The translations under genes and the position numbers were made by a program. A DNA stretch of 61,297 nt from Dimorphilus gyrociliatus (lineage: Eukaryota > Animalia > Annelida): contig CAJFCJ010000098.1 in NCBI GenBank assembly GCA_904063045.1, positions 18,959 through 80,255 on the forward strand, written 5' to 3'. Every line of letters begins with the position of its first letter. The first letter of the stretch is position 1. The notes under the pieces are model-generated. The model was given only the letters and a program-made list of their open reading frames with translations, ran no database searches and was not told where the DNA came from. Of the stretch, positions 23,679 to 36,564 are shown one piece after another.

Positions 23679-23885
23679 AGACACGACAGAAAACGTCCCC
23701 AAATTCATGGTTTAACCCTAACCCTAACCTACCCCTTGTCTCTCCTTAACCTTCTTGATTGCTCCTAACCTTTAGATGGAACCCCCCTAACTATAAATCA
23801 AAAGCTTCTTTACTCCTCCTAACAATTCTTCAATCTGAAATGTTGCTTTCAAAAATCTCATTTGGGGACATTTTCTGTCGGCCCC
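23679..23885 (+). mobile_element. 207 bp MULE-type MITE with a perfect 9 bp TSD attattatc
   Basis: TSD at 23670-23678 and 23886-23894. TIRs cgacagaaaacgtcccc / ggggacattttctgtcg match the family-1 MULE ends. Confidence 0.9.
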
Positions 23886-24474
23886 ATTATTATCCTATAT
23901 ACAAATGGACACAAAAAACCATAAACTTATTAAAAATAATCATAAAAGAAGATATTATTAAGTAAATCCCTTTTTTCTAATATATTGAATTTAATTATCC
24001 TAAATGTTTTTAAAGTTCTAGATTCTAATTCTACTAATTAAAAGTCTTTCTAAAGCTCCAGATTTATAATTTCTATGAAATAAGACTTTTTCTAAACTTC
24101 CACCATTATAATTCCTACAACACAAGAGTCATAATATCTAAAGTCTAAATATCTTTACATTATTATTTCTAAGTGCACATTCTTTCTTGTTAGAATTAAA
24201 AATTGAAAGGGAAAAATGATTGAAATTTATATGAAACAATAAATATATGAATAATCTAAATCCATTAAATCAAACTGTTGAATATTTTCTTAGAACTAAA
24301 GTTGTGGACAATTTCTCCTGTGGACATTTTCTCTTGTGAACTTGGAAGGTTCAATTTGTTTAAGTACTTTGGTAAGTTGATAAATGATTGGAAAGAATAC
24401 TGTTCAGAAGAAGCAGAAATTCCTACATTTACAATACATCAAAGTACAAAGAAAATTCGCACACTGTAATAAAT

Positions 24475-24640
24475 CTATGGTTTTACCCTAACCCTAACCC
24501 GGCCATTGTTTTTGCCTAACCTTTTTGAATACCCGTAACCTCCTAAGAACATATCAACAGTTATCTTATTCCTCCTAACCATTTCCCAGGCTGAAATCTA
24601 ACTTTCAAATATTTCATTTATGGCCGTTTTCGACCGGTCC
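24475..24640 (+). mobile_element. Degenerate MITE-like fragment with ccctaa repeats (copy at ~31577-31742)
   Basis: accctaaccctaacccgg... ending atggccgttttcgaccggtccc. Confidence 0.45.
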
Positions 24641-25798
24641 CAATGAAATTAGTTAATATTTAATAAATTCAACAATAAATTTTTTTCTGAACAATAACTT
24701 AATGTTTAATGAAGTTATAAAGTCAGTTACATTAAGCTTACAAAACCAATGATTATTTCATGATATATGTGAATAAACTTTCAATTTATAAATGAAAACT
24801 TATATTTCTTTAGAATATATTCATTGGAATGACAGTATCTAATACTACTCAAAAGAACAATGGCTTGTTAAGGTTGGAATAAAACTATTGATTTCGTGGA
24901 AATTTTTTGTTACATCAATTATATGTCAATGTATAATATTAACTCTAATAAAAAATTTCAGTTCCAGTTACAGTGCATATTGCAATTTAATCAATTGAAC
25001 AAATGAACAAATGTCTTGGTCCATTTCAACCAAATTTCCTCTTAATGTCTAATTTAAATGCTTTATTTCAAATAAAATACTTAAAGTTGCAGCAATAAAA
25101 AAGTTGAATAACAGAGTAGATAGTTTCTAATAGCAGGTTTCCAAGTTACCAAACTAGTGTCCAATATTGAAAGAGTAGAAGGCTTGTCCCATTAGAGGTT
25201 GTTTCCAGTTGATCTTTCCAGTGTAAGGTAATAACCAATCACCACTTTACAATTGGTGGTCTAGTTTATATTTAACCTTGGGAACAATATGTTACAAAAC
25301 AGAGATATCTTTTGTATTATTTAGATAAAATATTAACCTTTTATTGGGTTCCCCATTATGTTTTTCCAATTGATTTCTGTTTAAACCCCTCTGCTATTTG
25401 TATTTTTACCCTAATGATATATCATTAGAATGTTTTGTTTCAACTGTTCCAACTCAATCATAGTTATTAAACAGATGGCGTTAGCATTTCTCTGTATGTG
25501 TTATTCAAAGATATTGGCAAAAAGCTCAATTAGTATAGACACTTCAGAATCTGTAACATTCTGTTATTAGGTATGCAAATAGCAGACTATTCATCAACTG
25601 CAATCGGTGATTTGCCAAAGAGTATGTAACTTGGTTAGGAGCAAAAGGAGCAAGACAACTTGTGAAGATACCTGTATAGCTATTTGTTCAACATTGATAT
25701 CAAATATATACTATTGGGAAAGTGGCTGGGAGGCAATACTTTGGTTGTGTAGCATCATATGTGCAGTGTTCAATATTTGCAGTAACTACTTATTAATT

Positions 25799-27666
25799 GG
25801 ATGCGACAGAAAATGTCCATGAAAGAAAACATCCATAAACCGAAAGAAAACGTCCATTAACTGAAAGAAAACGTCCATAAACTGAAAGAAAACATCCATG
25901 AATCAAAAGAACACATAAACCCTAACCCTAACCCTGTTAAAGAGAATTGATGAGCCAAAAAAATGCAGGGAAAGTGTACCAATAAAAAGTAATTCTGCTG
26001 CAAAACTTAATGAGAAGGAAGAAGCAATTGTTGAATATCCAGAAAAGAATATTGAGGAGAATAACAGCATGACTGAGGAAAAATTAAAAATTGATGAGAA
26101 AGGAGACAATAATCAAGGACAAGAAAAGAGTACTGAAGAGTTCACAGAAGAATTGAGATTATCTATATCATGGAGTAGCAATGACAATAATGATGAAAGT
26201 ATAAACACAAAGGTTGACAAAGGAAATATCATTAATGGAAGTGATATTGAATATGATAATGAAATTGAAGTTGAAAATTTTGAAACAATTCAAAATGCAT
26301 ATATAGAATCTGAAAAAATTGAGGAAGAATCTTTTGAAAGTGAAACATCTGCCAAAGAAAATTCTTCTGACAATTTTCGTTTTAAAATTCTGCCACATGG
26401 AAGTCAAAAATGCAAAGACTTACTTTTTCACAAAGGTTTTTCATATACTATTAAATTAAAAACAAAAACAACTACTGTATGGACTTGTTCTGTCAGAAGC
26501 AAAAAAAGAAAAACTTTACAAAATATATGGCCTGATGCTGTCTTGACTGGATGTTCATTTCACTGGTCTCAGGCAATATTTAGAAAAATTCAGGTTTATT
26601 AATTTCTAAAACAATTTTAACAATCCAATTAATATTTGTTTTGTTTAAGGAACTCAGTTATAGCAGGGAATTTAGAAAAAAAGAGGGAGCTTGGGAATCC
26701 ATGAGAATGATTATGTCTTTGCCATATTTGCCTCATGGCATGATTGAAAATCAATTCACTAAAATTCAAAATCAACTGACAAAAGAAAATAAACTGTCTG
26801 ATTTGTTGGACTACGTGTCTAATAGTTGGATAAAAAATACATTTTGGTCTCCAGGAGACTTGGTCTGTTTTTGATCAAAGCATAAGAACAAATAATGATC
26901 TGGAAGGTTATCATCAAAGGCTGAATAAAATTGTTGGAGAAAATGTTTCTTTTTATTTAGTGATTGATGAGTTAAAGAGGGAAGCAGATATGATAAATCT
27001 GTACAAAAAGCTTTTAAGTGAGAGAAAGATAATTAGACTTGAAAGGAAGACTTATAGCCAAATTCAAAAAGATCTTTTCTTAATTTGGGAAAATTTTAAA
27101 ACAGGTGAAATTAATGCAAACCAACTTCTGCAGCTTTGCTCAGAATTATATTATTGAAAATAATTGACAATACCTTGATATCAAAAAACTTTACTTGAAA
27201 ACACTGGTCATTTAATTGTAAAACTTGAAAAAAGTTTGTCTTTCTTTTAAAGTTGTTTACAAATAATCAATACACAATTTATATGGTAAACCTAAAGTTG
27301 CATATTATAAAAAGTTTTCTATTAACTTGTTTTTCAATATAGATTTACATTTAAATGAAATTTATTTTTATTTATGTTTTCTTTTGGTTCATGGATATTT
27401 AATTTCAGTTTATAGACATTTTCCTTCACTTTATGGACACTTTCTTTCACTTTACGGATGTTTTCTTTCACTCCATAAGGAAATATAATTCCTAAAAAAT
27501 TAAGCTAATAGGAAAAATTATGTGAATTTTTTTTGAATATTTCATTTATTAAGTATATATTTAACATATTCTTTTACCATAGGTTCACTTTTACAACATA
27601 TATTTATATTTAAATGAAATTTATTTTAATGGACGTTTTCTTTCATGGACATTTTCTGTCGACCCC
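25799..27666 (+). mobile_element. MULE family 1, non-autonomous internally deleted copy with both TIRs; flanks do not form a TSD
   Basis: Left flank ttattaatt, right flank tggtgctgc. A deletion joins ...agcaaaaaaagaa to aaactttacaaaat (positions ~490 to ~1180 of copy 1). Confidence 0.9.
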
Positions 27667-28288
27667 TGGTGCTGCATGCTATACATCTAGGAGTACCTTA
27701 CAGTATCTAAATGAAAAGAACTTAAGACACTAGTAAGACTGGCCAGCGCAGAGTCCTGACTTAAATCCTATTGAAAATTTATGGTCATACCTAAAAGGAA
27801 GGGTTGGTAAACATCTGTTCACACATGTTGATGATCTATGGAGGGTAACACAGCAAGAATTTGACAATATTCCAACTGAATATGTTGAAAAATTGTTTAA
27901 CAGTGTTAGAAAGGGGCTACAACTGTGTCATTTCAATAAGGTTGGCCAGACTAAGAATTTAAAAGGTTTAAAAGTATTATTACTATATTTTCATAAAATA
28001 TTATAATAATTCATGTATAGAAATTGTTAAGGAGTGTCCTAAGGTAGATTTAAAGTAAAATATTTAATTAAATAAATGGTGACTCATTTTTAACTAACCC
28101 CTTTTTTCGAGGTATAATTACTAAACAGGACTTTATAAAAGAAAAACAATTTTTGATAATTTTTTGTACAGGACATTAGTTTCTACATATTAATCATTAT
28201 TATTACCAATTCAAAGTAGTTATTTTGTATATCTTAATATCAAAACTAAAAATTTTACAGGGTGGCTGGGGACTTTTTGCCTCTACTG
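27667..28288 (+). mobile_element. Tc1 3' end (duplicate of 20565-21186)
   Basis: Same sequence offset by 7102. Confidence 0.85.
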
Positions 28289-28352
28289 TATAATATAAAA
28301 TCATACTTATGATGCATTTCTGATAAATATATTTCATTGCAAGTACACAAGA

Positions 28353-28559
28353 CTTTTTGACAGAAAACATCCACAAATGAGAAATTTCAAGACTAGATTT
28401 TGGATTGAGAAATGGTTACGAAGAAGAAGACAACAAATGATTTGTACTTAGGGGGGTCTTCTATAAGGGTTAGGGGTAATGCAAAAGGTTAGGTACTGCC
28501 AAGGGCTGGGTTAGGGTTAGGGTAAAAGGACTGATTTGTGGATGTTTCCTGTCACATCC
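28353..28559 (-). mobile_element. 207 bp MITE (duplicate of 21251-21457)
   Basis: Offset by 7102. Confidence 0.7.
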
Positions 28560-28649
28560 TGGCTGTCATTTTATTTATCAACATTGTTTTTATTTTTGTA
28601 GATTCCATTATTTTATTCTAAATAATAAAATTAAGAAAACTTAATATTT

Positions 28650-28884
28650 TTATGGGTTTGGAAATTTGCTGAATCATTGTTCCATACTGGAAACAATTTA
28701 TCTAAGTGATAATAAAAATATGGTAATTGGATTTTTAAATATTTGTGAAGGACTTCAAATGTCATTAAATAGTCTAAAAATTCTTTATATATGTGACTGT
28801 GAATTAAATGAAGAACAATGTGTAGTGTTTGGAAATTTGCTGAAAGATTGTGTGGGCTTACACAGGATTGATTGGGACTCTTGA
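28650..28884 (+). pseudogene. Isolated NLR-type LRR fragment
   Basis: ORF 28666-28884: LKILYICDCELNEEQCVVFGNLLKDC. Confidence 0.7.
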
Positions 28885-29245
28885 AGTGTGAGAATTCTGT
28901 TTCTCTTTTTTGATTTAAACAAAAAAAACCTTTTGCAAACCCTAACCCTAATCCTAAAACTTTGGATGAATATCATTTAACCATTTATTTGTTTATAGTT
29001 GTGGACTAACATGAGGTTCTATTTGGACCAGTACTTTGGCATAATATTAAATGAGTAGTACAGATAAATAAGGTTTGGATGAGAACAAAATTCCTATGAT
29101 CATGTACAACAAAGTATATTTTAATATTTAATTTAAATGAAGGCATTTTGTTTTCCATTGTATATGTATATTAATTTTCAGACTGAAAATTTCAGAAACT
29201 GTGATGACAACAGCAAAAGCATTATAGTTTTAAGACAATTAATTA

Positions 29246-30731
29246 CTATTTATATAGAAGGATTTGAAAAGGATAGATTTTATTGTTAGGGACATTAATA
29301 TGAAGTTTTGTGTTTTTGTTAGAACGTTTAAAAAAGAATTGATTTATATTGTTATCAATATAAATCATATTACAAATGCTTCCATAAGTTGTATCATTTT
29401 TTAAATCATTCCAGATAATTAAATTATCAGGACTAACATTTTCTTTCAACAAAATATAAGTATCATTATTATCATTTTTTATTGAATCTTTAATATTAGA
29501 CAAATCAATTGAATGAGTAGATGGAGGTAAATTATATCACATATTTTATTTCTTTTAAGTGAATTAACTGTAAAAAAAAAGAAAATTTTATAATTTGCTT
29601 TTAAGAAAATAAAGATTGATATACTTGTTTTTTCAAAAAATGAATATGCATAAATTATTATTCCATGAATATTTTTGCTTTTGAATTAAGTTTGAAATTT
29701 TTTGAAATTATAAATTTCAATTTACTACAGACTATATGATCATGTAAAAATTGACCAGTAAAATTTACAATTTTTATATTTTTCCAAATGTAATCTTCAA
29801 TTTTTAGAATACTTTCAGATGTAAAATCATTTCCATTGTCAACTGTAAAAAGAAACAAAGGGAAATATATTAAATTAGGGCGAATATATATAGGTGCAAT
29901 CGGGGTAGGCAAACAGAGTTGAAGTAGACAACTTTAGTTTGAAATTCAATAACATTATCAGTCAAAATTTCTATTTCATTTTGAAAATTGAAAAAATAAT
30001 TTTGGAGCGAATTGATTTGTCCAGTATTTAAATTTGTATTATTTGTAGAACATTTTCAAATGTATTTTCAAATTGATAAGCAAAATCTGTGGAAGAGGAG
30101 AGTGAGAGTTGATGGTTATGGTTATGTCTTGGGGTTAGGGTTATAGGTTAAATCTAACCCTAACTCTAAATTAGATATTATTACTTTCAACTTTTTAATG
30201 AATTTCCCAAAATAATATCAAATTTTGAAATTTCTGTATCTAAAAAAGAAAGAAAGAATTATTCATTATTTATATAATAAATATAAACATTTTACTATTT
30301 TTCCAGTTAGTAAGCAAACACTTGATATTGAATAAATATTTTCAAGATCAACAGCCCACCATGAATATTCATTTGGATCAGCATCAGTTAATGAACATTG
30401 AAATATATTCTTCAATCAACCAATCAAAAAAAAATAGATTAATAATTTATTCATGGGTAAAAACAAAAACATAATAAATTATACTTTACTATTTCTAGTG
30501 ATTTTAATCATTGAATCTGTTGCAAAAGTTGCTAGATTTGTATATTCCTCACTTAATATAGATCCATTTGTTGAGCTTTGAAAAGCCATTTTTCCTCTAG
30601 CAAGATTGTTTGTAGAATTGATTATTGTAGGAAAAAGTCCTTTAAATTAAAGTTAAAAAAGAAGGTAGAAATAACAAAAATAGAGAAAATATTTATTATT
30701 TACCACAAAAGATAAATGTTGCCAAAATCAT
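29246..30731 (-). pseudogene. F-type lectin paralog (duplicate of 22142-23628)
   Basis: Same exons; ATG at 30731. Confidence 0.7.
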
Positions 30732-30781
30732 TTTTTTTTCTCTCCCTCTCACCCTTTGCCAATTAAGCGATTATTATTATC

Positions 30782-30987
30782 AGACACGACAGAAAACGTC
30801 CCCAAATTCATGGTTTAACCCTAACCCTAACCTACCCCTTGTCTCTCCTTAACCTTCTTGATTGCTCCTAACCTTTAGATGGAACCCCCCTAACTATAAA
30901 TCAAAAGCTTCTTTACTCCTCCTAACAATTCTTCAATCTGAAATGTTGCTTTCAAAATCTCATTTGGGGACATTTTCTGTCGGCCCC
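30782..30987 (+). mobile_element. MITE with TSD attattatc (duplicate of 23679-23885)
   Basis: Same TIRs and TSD; 1 bp shorter in an A run. Confidence 0.88.
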
Positions 30988-32900
30988 ATTATTATCCTAT
31001 ATACAAATGGACACAAAAAACCATAAACTTATTAAAAATAATCATAAAAGAAGATATTATTAAGTAAATCCCTTTTTTCTAATATATTGAATTTAATTAT
31101 CCTAAATGTTTTTAAAGTTCTAGATTCTAATTCTACTAATTAAAAGTCTTTCTAAAGCTCCAGATTTATAATTTCTATGAAATAAGACTTTTTCTAAACT
31201 TCCACCATTATAATTCCTACAACACAAGAGTCATAATATCTAAAGTCTAAATATCTTTACATTATTATTTCTAAGTGCACATTCTTTCTTGTTAGAATTA
31301 AAAATTGAAAGGGAAAAATGATTGAAATTTATATGAAACAATAAATATATGAATAATCTAAATCCATTAAATCAAACTGTTGAATATTTTCTTAGAACTA
31401 AAGTTGTGGACAATTTCTCCTGTGGACATTTTCTCTTGTGAACTTGGAAGGTTCAATTTGTTTAAGTACTTTGGTAAGTTGATAAATGATTGGAAAGAAT
31501 ACTGTTCAGAAGAAGCAGAAATTCCTACATTTACAATACATCAAAGTACAAAGAAAATTCGCACACTGTAATAAATCTATGGTTTTACCCTAACCCTAAC
31601 CCGGCCATTGTTTTTGCCTAACCTTTTTGAATACCCGTAACCTCCTAAGAACATATCAACAGTTATCTTATTCCTCCTAACCATTTCCCAGGCTGAAATC
31701 TAACTTTCAAATATTTCATTTATGGCCGTTTTCGACCGGTCCCAATGAAATTAGTTAATATTTAATAAATTCAACAATAAATTTTTTTCTGAACAATAAC
31801 TTAATGTTTAATGAAGTTATAAAGTCAGTTACATTAAGCTTACAAAACCAATGATTATTTCATGATATATGTGAATAAACTTTCAATTTATAAATGAAAA
31901 CTTATATTTCTTTAGAATATATTCATTGGAATGACAGTATCTAATACTACTCAAAAGAACAATGGCTTGTTAAGGTTGGAATAAAACTATTGATTTCGTG
32001 GAAATTTTTTGTTACATCAATTATATGTCAATGTATAATATTAACTCTAATAAAAAATTTCAGTTCCAGTTACAGTGCATATTGCAATTTAATCAATTGA
32101 ACAAATGAACAAATGTCTTGGTCCATTTCAACCAAATTTCCTCTTAATGTCTAATTTAAATGCTTTATTTCAAATAAAATACTTAAAGTTGCAGCAATAA
32201 AAAAGTTGAATAACAGAGTAGATAGTTTCTAATAGCAGGTTTCCAAGTTACCAAACTAGTGTCCAATATTGAAAGAGTAGAAGGCTTGTCCCATTAGAGG
32301 TTGTTTCCAGTTGATCTTTCCAGTGTAAGGTAATAACCAATCACCACTTTACAATTGGTGGTCTAGTTTATATTTAACCTTGGGAACAATATGTTACAAA
32401 ACAGAGATATCTTTTGTATTATTTAGATAAAATATTAACCTTTTATTGGGTTCCCCATTATGTTTTTCCAATTGATTTCTGTTTAAACCCCTCTGCTATT
32501 TGTATTTTTACCCTAATGATATATCATTAGAATGTTTTGTTTCAACTGTTCCAACTCAATCATAGTTATTAAACAGATGGCGTTAGCATTTCTCTGTATG
32601 TGTTATTCAAAGATATTGGCAAAAAGCTCAATTAGTATAGACACTTCAGAATCTGTAACATTCTGTTATTAGGTATGCAAATAGCAGACTATTCATCAAC
32701 TGCAATCGGTGATTTGCCAAAGAGTATGCAACTTGGTTAGGAGCAAAAGGAGCAAGACAACTTGTGAAGATACCTGTATAGCTATTTGTTCAACATTGAT
32801 ATCAAATATATACTATTGGGAAAGTGGCTGGGAGGCAATACTTTGGTTGTGTAGCATCATATGTGCAGTGTTCAATATTTGCAGTAACTACTTATTAATT

Positions 32901-34784
32901 GGATGCGACAGAAAATGTCCATGAAAGAAAACATCCATAAACCGAAAGAAAATGTCCATTAACTGAAAGAAAACGTCCATAAACTGAAAGAAAACATCCA
33001 TGAATCAAAAGAACACATAAACCCTAACCCTAACCCTGTTAAAGAGAATTGATGAGCCAAAAAAATGCAGGGAAAGTGTACCAATAAAAAGTAATTCTGC
33101 TGCAAAACTTAATGAGAAGGAAGAAGCAATTGTTGAATATCCAGAAAAGAATATTGAGGAGAATAACAGCATGACTGAGGAAAAATTAAAAATTGATGAG
33201 AAAGGAGACAATAATCAAGGACAAGAAAAGAGTACTGAAGAGTTCACAGAAGAATTGAGATTATCTATATCATGGAGTAGCAATGACAATAATGATGAAA
33301 GTATAAACACAAAGGTTGACAAAGGAAATATCATTAATGGAAGTGATATTGAATATGATAATGAAATTGAAGTTGAAAATTTTGAAACAATTCAAAATGC
33401 ATATATAGAATCTGAAAAAATTGAGGAAGAATCTTTTGAAAGTGAAACATCTGCCAAAGAAAATTCTTCTGACAATTTTCGTTTTAAAATTCTGCCACAT
33501 GGAAGTCAAAAATGCAAAGACTTACTTTTTCACAAAGGTTTTTCATATACTATTAAATTAAAAACAAAAACAACTACTGTATGGACTTGTTCTGTCAGAA
33601 GCAAAAAAAGAAAAACTTTACAAAATATATGGCCTGATGCTGTCTTGACTGGATGTTCATTTCACTGGTCTCAGGCAATATTTAGAAAAATTCAGGTTTA
33701 TTAATTTCTAAAACAATTTTAACAATCCAATTAATATTTGTTTTGTTTAAGGAACTCAGTTATAGCAGGGAATTTAGAAAAAAAGAGGGAGCTTGGGAAT
33801 CCATGAGAATGATTATGTCTTTGCCATATTTGCCTCATGGCATGATTGAAAATCAATTCACTAAAATTCAAAATCAACTGACAAAAGAAAATAAACTGTC
33901 TGATTTGTTGGACTACGTGTCTAATAGTTGGATAAAAAATACATTTTGGTCTCCAGGAGACTTGGTCTGTTTTTGATCAAAGCATAAGAACAAATAATGA
34001 TCTGGAAGGTTATCATCAAAGGCTGAATAAAATTGTTGGAGAAAATGTTTCTTTTTATTTAGTGATTGATGAGTTAAAGAGGGAAGCAGATATGATAAAT
34101 CTGTACAAAAAGCTTTTAAGTGAGAGAAAGATAATTAGACTTGAAAGGAAGACTTATAGCCAAATTCAAAAAGATCTTTTCTTAATTTGGGAAAATTTTA
34201 AAACAGGTGAAATTAATGCAAACCAACTTCTGCAGCTTTGCTCAGAATTATATTATTGAAAATAATTGACAATACCTTGATATCAAAAAACTTTACTTGA
34301 AAACACTGGTCATTTAATTGTAAAACTTGAAAAAAGTTTGTCTTTCTTTTAAAGTTGTTTACAAATAATCAATACACAATTTATATGGTAAACCTAAAGT
34401 TGCATATATAAAAAGTTTTCTATTAACTTGTTTTTCAATATAGATTTACATTTAAATGAAATTTATTTTTATTTATGTTTTCTTTTAGTTCATGGATATT
34501 TACTTTTAGTTTATAGACATTTTCTTTCACAGTAGGGACGTTTTCTTTCACTCCATAAGGAAATATAATTCCTAAAAAATTAAGCTAATAGGAAAAGTTA
34601 AGTGATTTTTTTTGTGAATATTTCATTTATTAAGTATATGTTTAACATATTCTTTTACCAAAGGTTTACTTTTTCAACATATATTTATATTTAAATGAAA
34701 TTTTTTTTAATGGACATTTTCTTTCAGTTTATGGTCGTTTTCTTTCATGGACGTTTTCTTTCATGAACATTTTCTGTCGACCCC
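32901..34784 (+). mobile_element. MULE family 1, non-autonomous copy with a perfect 9 bp TSD ttattaatt
   Basis: TSD at 32892-32900 and 34785-34793. TIRs ggatgcgacagaaaatgtcc / cattttctgtcgacccc. Confidence 0.93.
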
Positions 34785-35149
34785 TTATTAATTGTATTCC
34801 ATGTATGAGATGATAAAAGATCCTCTAACAGGCATGTTTTTTATCAGAAGAGTCAGATCCCTTCCATCAATATTCAGTATGCTTATCAGCAATTTTATAC
34901 CAATCATTATGTTTGACAATGTGTTGTACTCGGGACTTTCTGTCTTTGAAAGCTTCTAATATTTTAGCTTCCTTTTTTGAAATGGGGTTGTGTGCTTGAG
35001 TTTTTTTGTTGATTTTTATTTTAACCAATTGAATTATCTTATTTGTCATATTTTAATAATATTATTAAGAATGAGGCAAAAGAAAATCAAAGCATTTTTC
35101 ATTATTCAGTATTCTGAAAGGTTAGATCAAGAGTAGTAATAGAATTAAC

Positions 35150-35680
35150 TTTAGGAAAATGCAGAAATAAGCTCTATTGTTACAATATCATCTTTTTTCC
35201 AATTTTAATATTCCTCCTCTGCTCACACTTTCAAATGCTGTTCTAGCCTTCAACCTTTGCATACTCAGGATCTGTCTGTTGTTTACTATTACAAGTACAA
35301 CAGTTTGTATTCCTGGCCACAAACCAGCAGATATATCAATGTAATGTAAACCTAAAACTGCAGCCTTATATGTATTATTTCTGGAATTCCATCCAGAATG
35401 TGTATCCAACACGACTGCATCAAAACCACGTTTTACTCTTGACTGTGTGGCTAAATTTGTTGTTCTATAGACATAAAATGCTGGTTTAGCAACTGATGTA
35501 TTTAATTGAAATTCTGCTATATATGTATACAAATTGTTCGATCTGGAGGTGCCTTGTACCAGTGTTAAAGATACAGATCTTTCAAAAGATGTTGAAAATT
35601 TAATCTTTGAAGTGTTTCTTTACAATAAATGTTCTTTCAAGTCTCCTGGCTACTCAGGAAAGTATATGGAAAAAGGAGAG
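35150..35680 (-). pseudogene. C1q-domain gene remnant
   Basis: KPAFYVYR..RGFDAVVLDTHSGWN..YKAAVLGLHYIDISAG..SVSRGGILKLEK, with a +1 in an A run before DDIVTIEL. Upstream stop codon; bounded by a MULE fragment. Confidence 0.7.
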
Positions 35681-35689
35681 GACTGTAAA

Positions 35690-36120
35690 GACATGAGAAA
35701 GCCGATGGCCTTACCTTTTATGCCTGATAATATCACTGCTCCAACACTTTACAGATTAAAATCTCACATGACAGAAAAGAAAAATTTGCAGATTTGTTGG
35801 AATATTATGAGACTACTTGGATAATGAACTCCATATGGAAACCAGAGATTTGGTCTATATATGGATTGTCCATAATGACTAATAACAGTGTGGAGGGATG
35901 GCACTGTAGAATGGACAGTAAAGTACCATCCAAAGAATCATTTCATTGGCTGGTTGATGAACTGAATAGAGAAGCGGATTTAGTTATAATCTATGCAAAC
36001 CTTATGTCTGAGAAGAAGATTATCAAGTACCAGAAAAAGCGATATACTGAAATAGAGAAAAAATATTTGAAATTTGGGAAAATTATAAACTTGGAGGGTT
36101 TTTGGCTGATGAACTTATAA
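35690..36120 (+). mobile_element. MULE transposase C-terminal fragment (fourth family), frameshifted
   Basis: MALPFMP...LLEYYETTWI..IWKPEIWSIYGLSIMTNNSVEGWH..LVDELNREA. Confidence 0.8.
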
Positions 36121-36564
36121 TTAATATTTGAATTATAGAGCCAGTCAATGAAATTTAGTTTTTAATAAAATGTATTGAAGAAAAGAAAGTTAAAATGTTT
36201 TCAGAAAGCGAAAAAAACATAGCATATCTCTTAAATTAAGAAACCTGTCAAACGACTCTTCACATTCTTGAGAGAATGAATGCCAAATGGAATCAAAAAG
36301 TTTTTATCAGATAAAAAATATTCTTCAATGTAAACTATCCAGCATTAAAGTTTGTTATCATGTTTTAAGCTGTAAAAAATGCATTTGAAAGATTTCAAAT
36401 AAAAGGAATATGAAAAAAGGAATAGAATGAAAATAGTGAGGAACTTTGAGGTTTGCCTGTGATATCCAATTATCACTTTAAAGTTGACAAACTGTCTATT
36501 TCTTATAAACATCTTTAGTAATTAATTATATAGAGTTTACCCTTAAAAGGCAATTGGATAATAA

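Larger units (their letters stand above)
19434..34400 (+). repeat. Direct tandem duplication with a period of 7,102 bp
   Basis: Landmarks are offset by 7102: 20564/27666, 21186/28288, 25799/32901. Units differ only by rare SNPs and indels. Confidence 0.93.

Noticed and set aside
25607-25822. Hydrophobic ORF (copy at 32709-32924) as a GPCR or membrane gene split by the MULE
   Set aside because: After removing the element a stop follows within four codons, and no family motif could be confirmed.
21400-25940. TTAGGG runs as a telomere or chromosome-fusion site
   Set aside because: Only 2-3 units each, mostly at fixed positions inside MITE/MULE ends.
34800-35049. Minus-strand ORF with a weak chromodomain-like EY*WKG pattern
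   Set aside because: Too short and interrupted, with no adjoining integrase.
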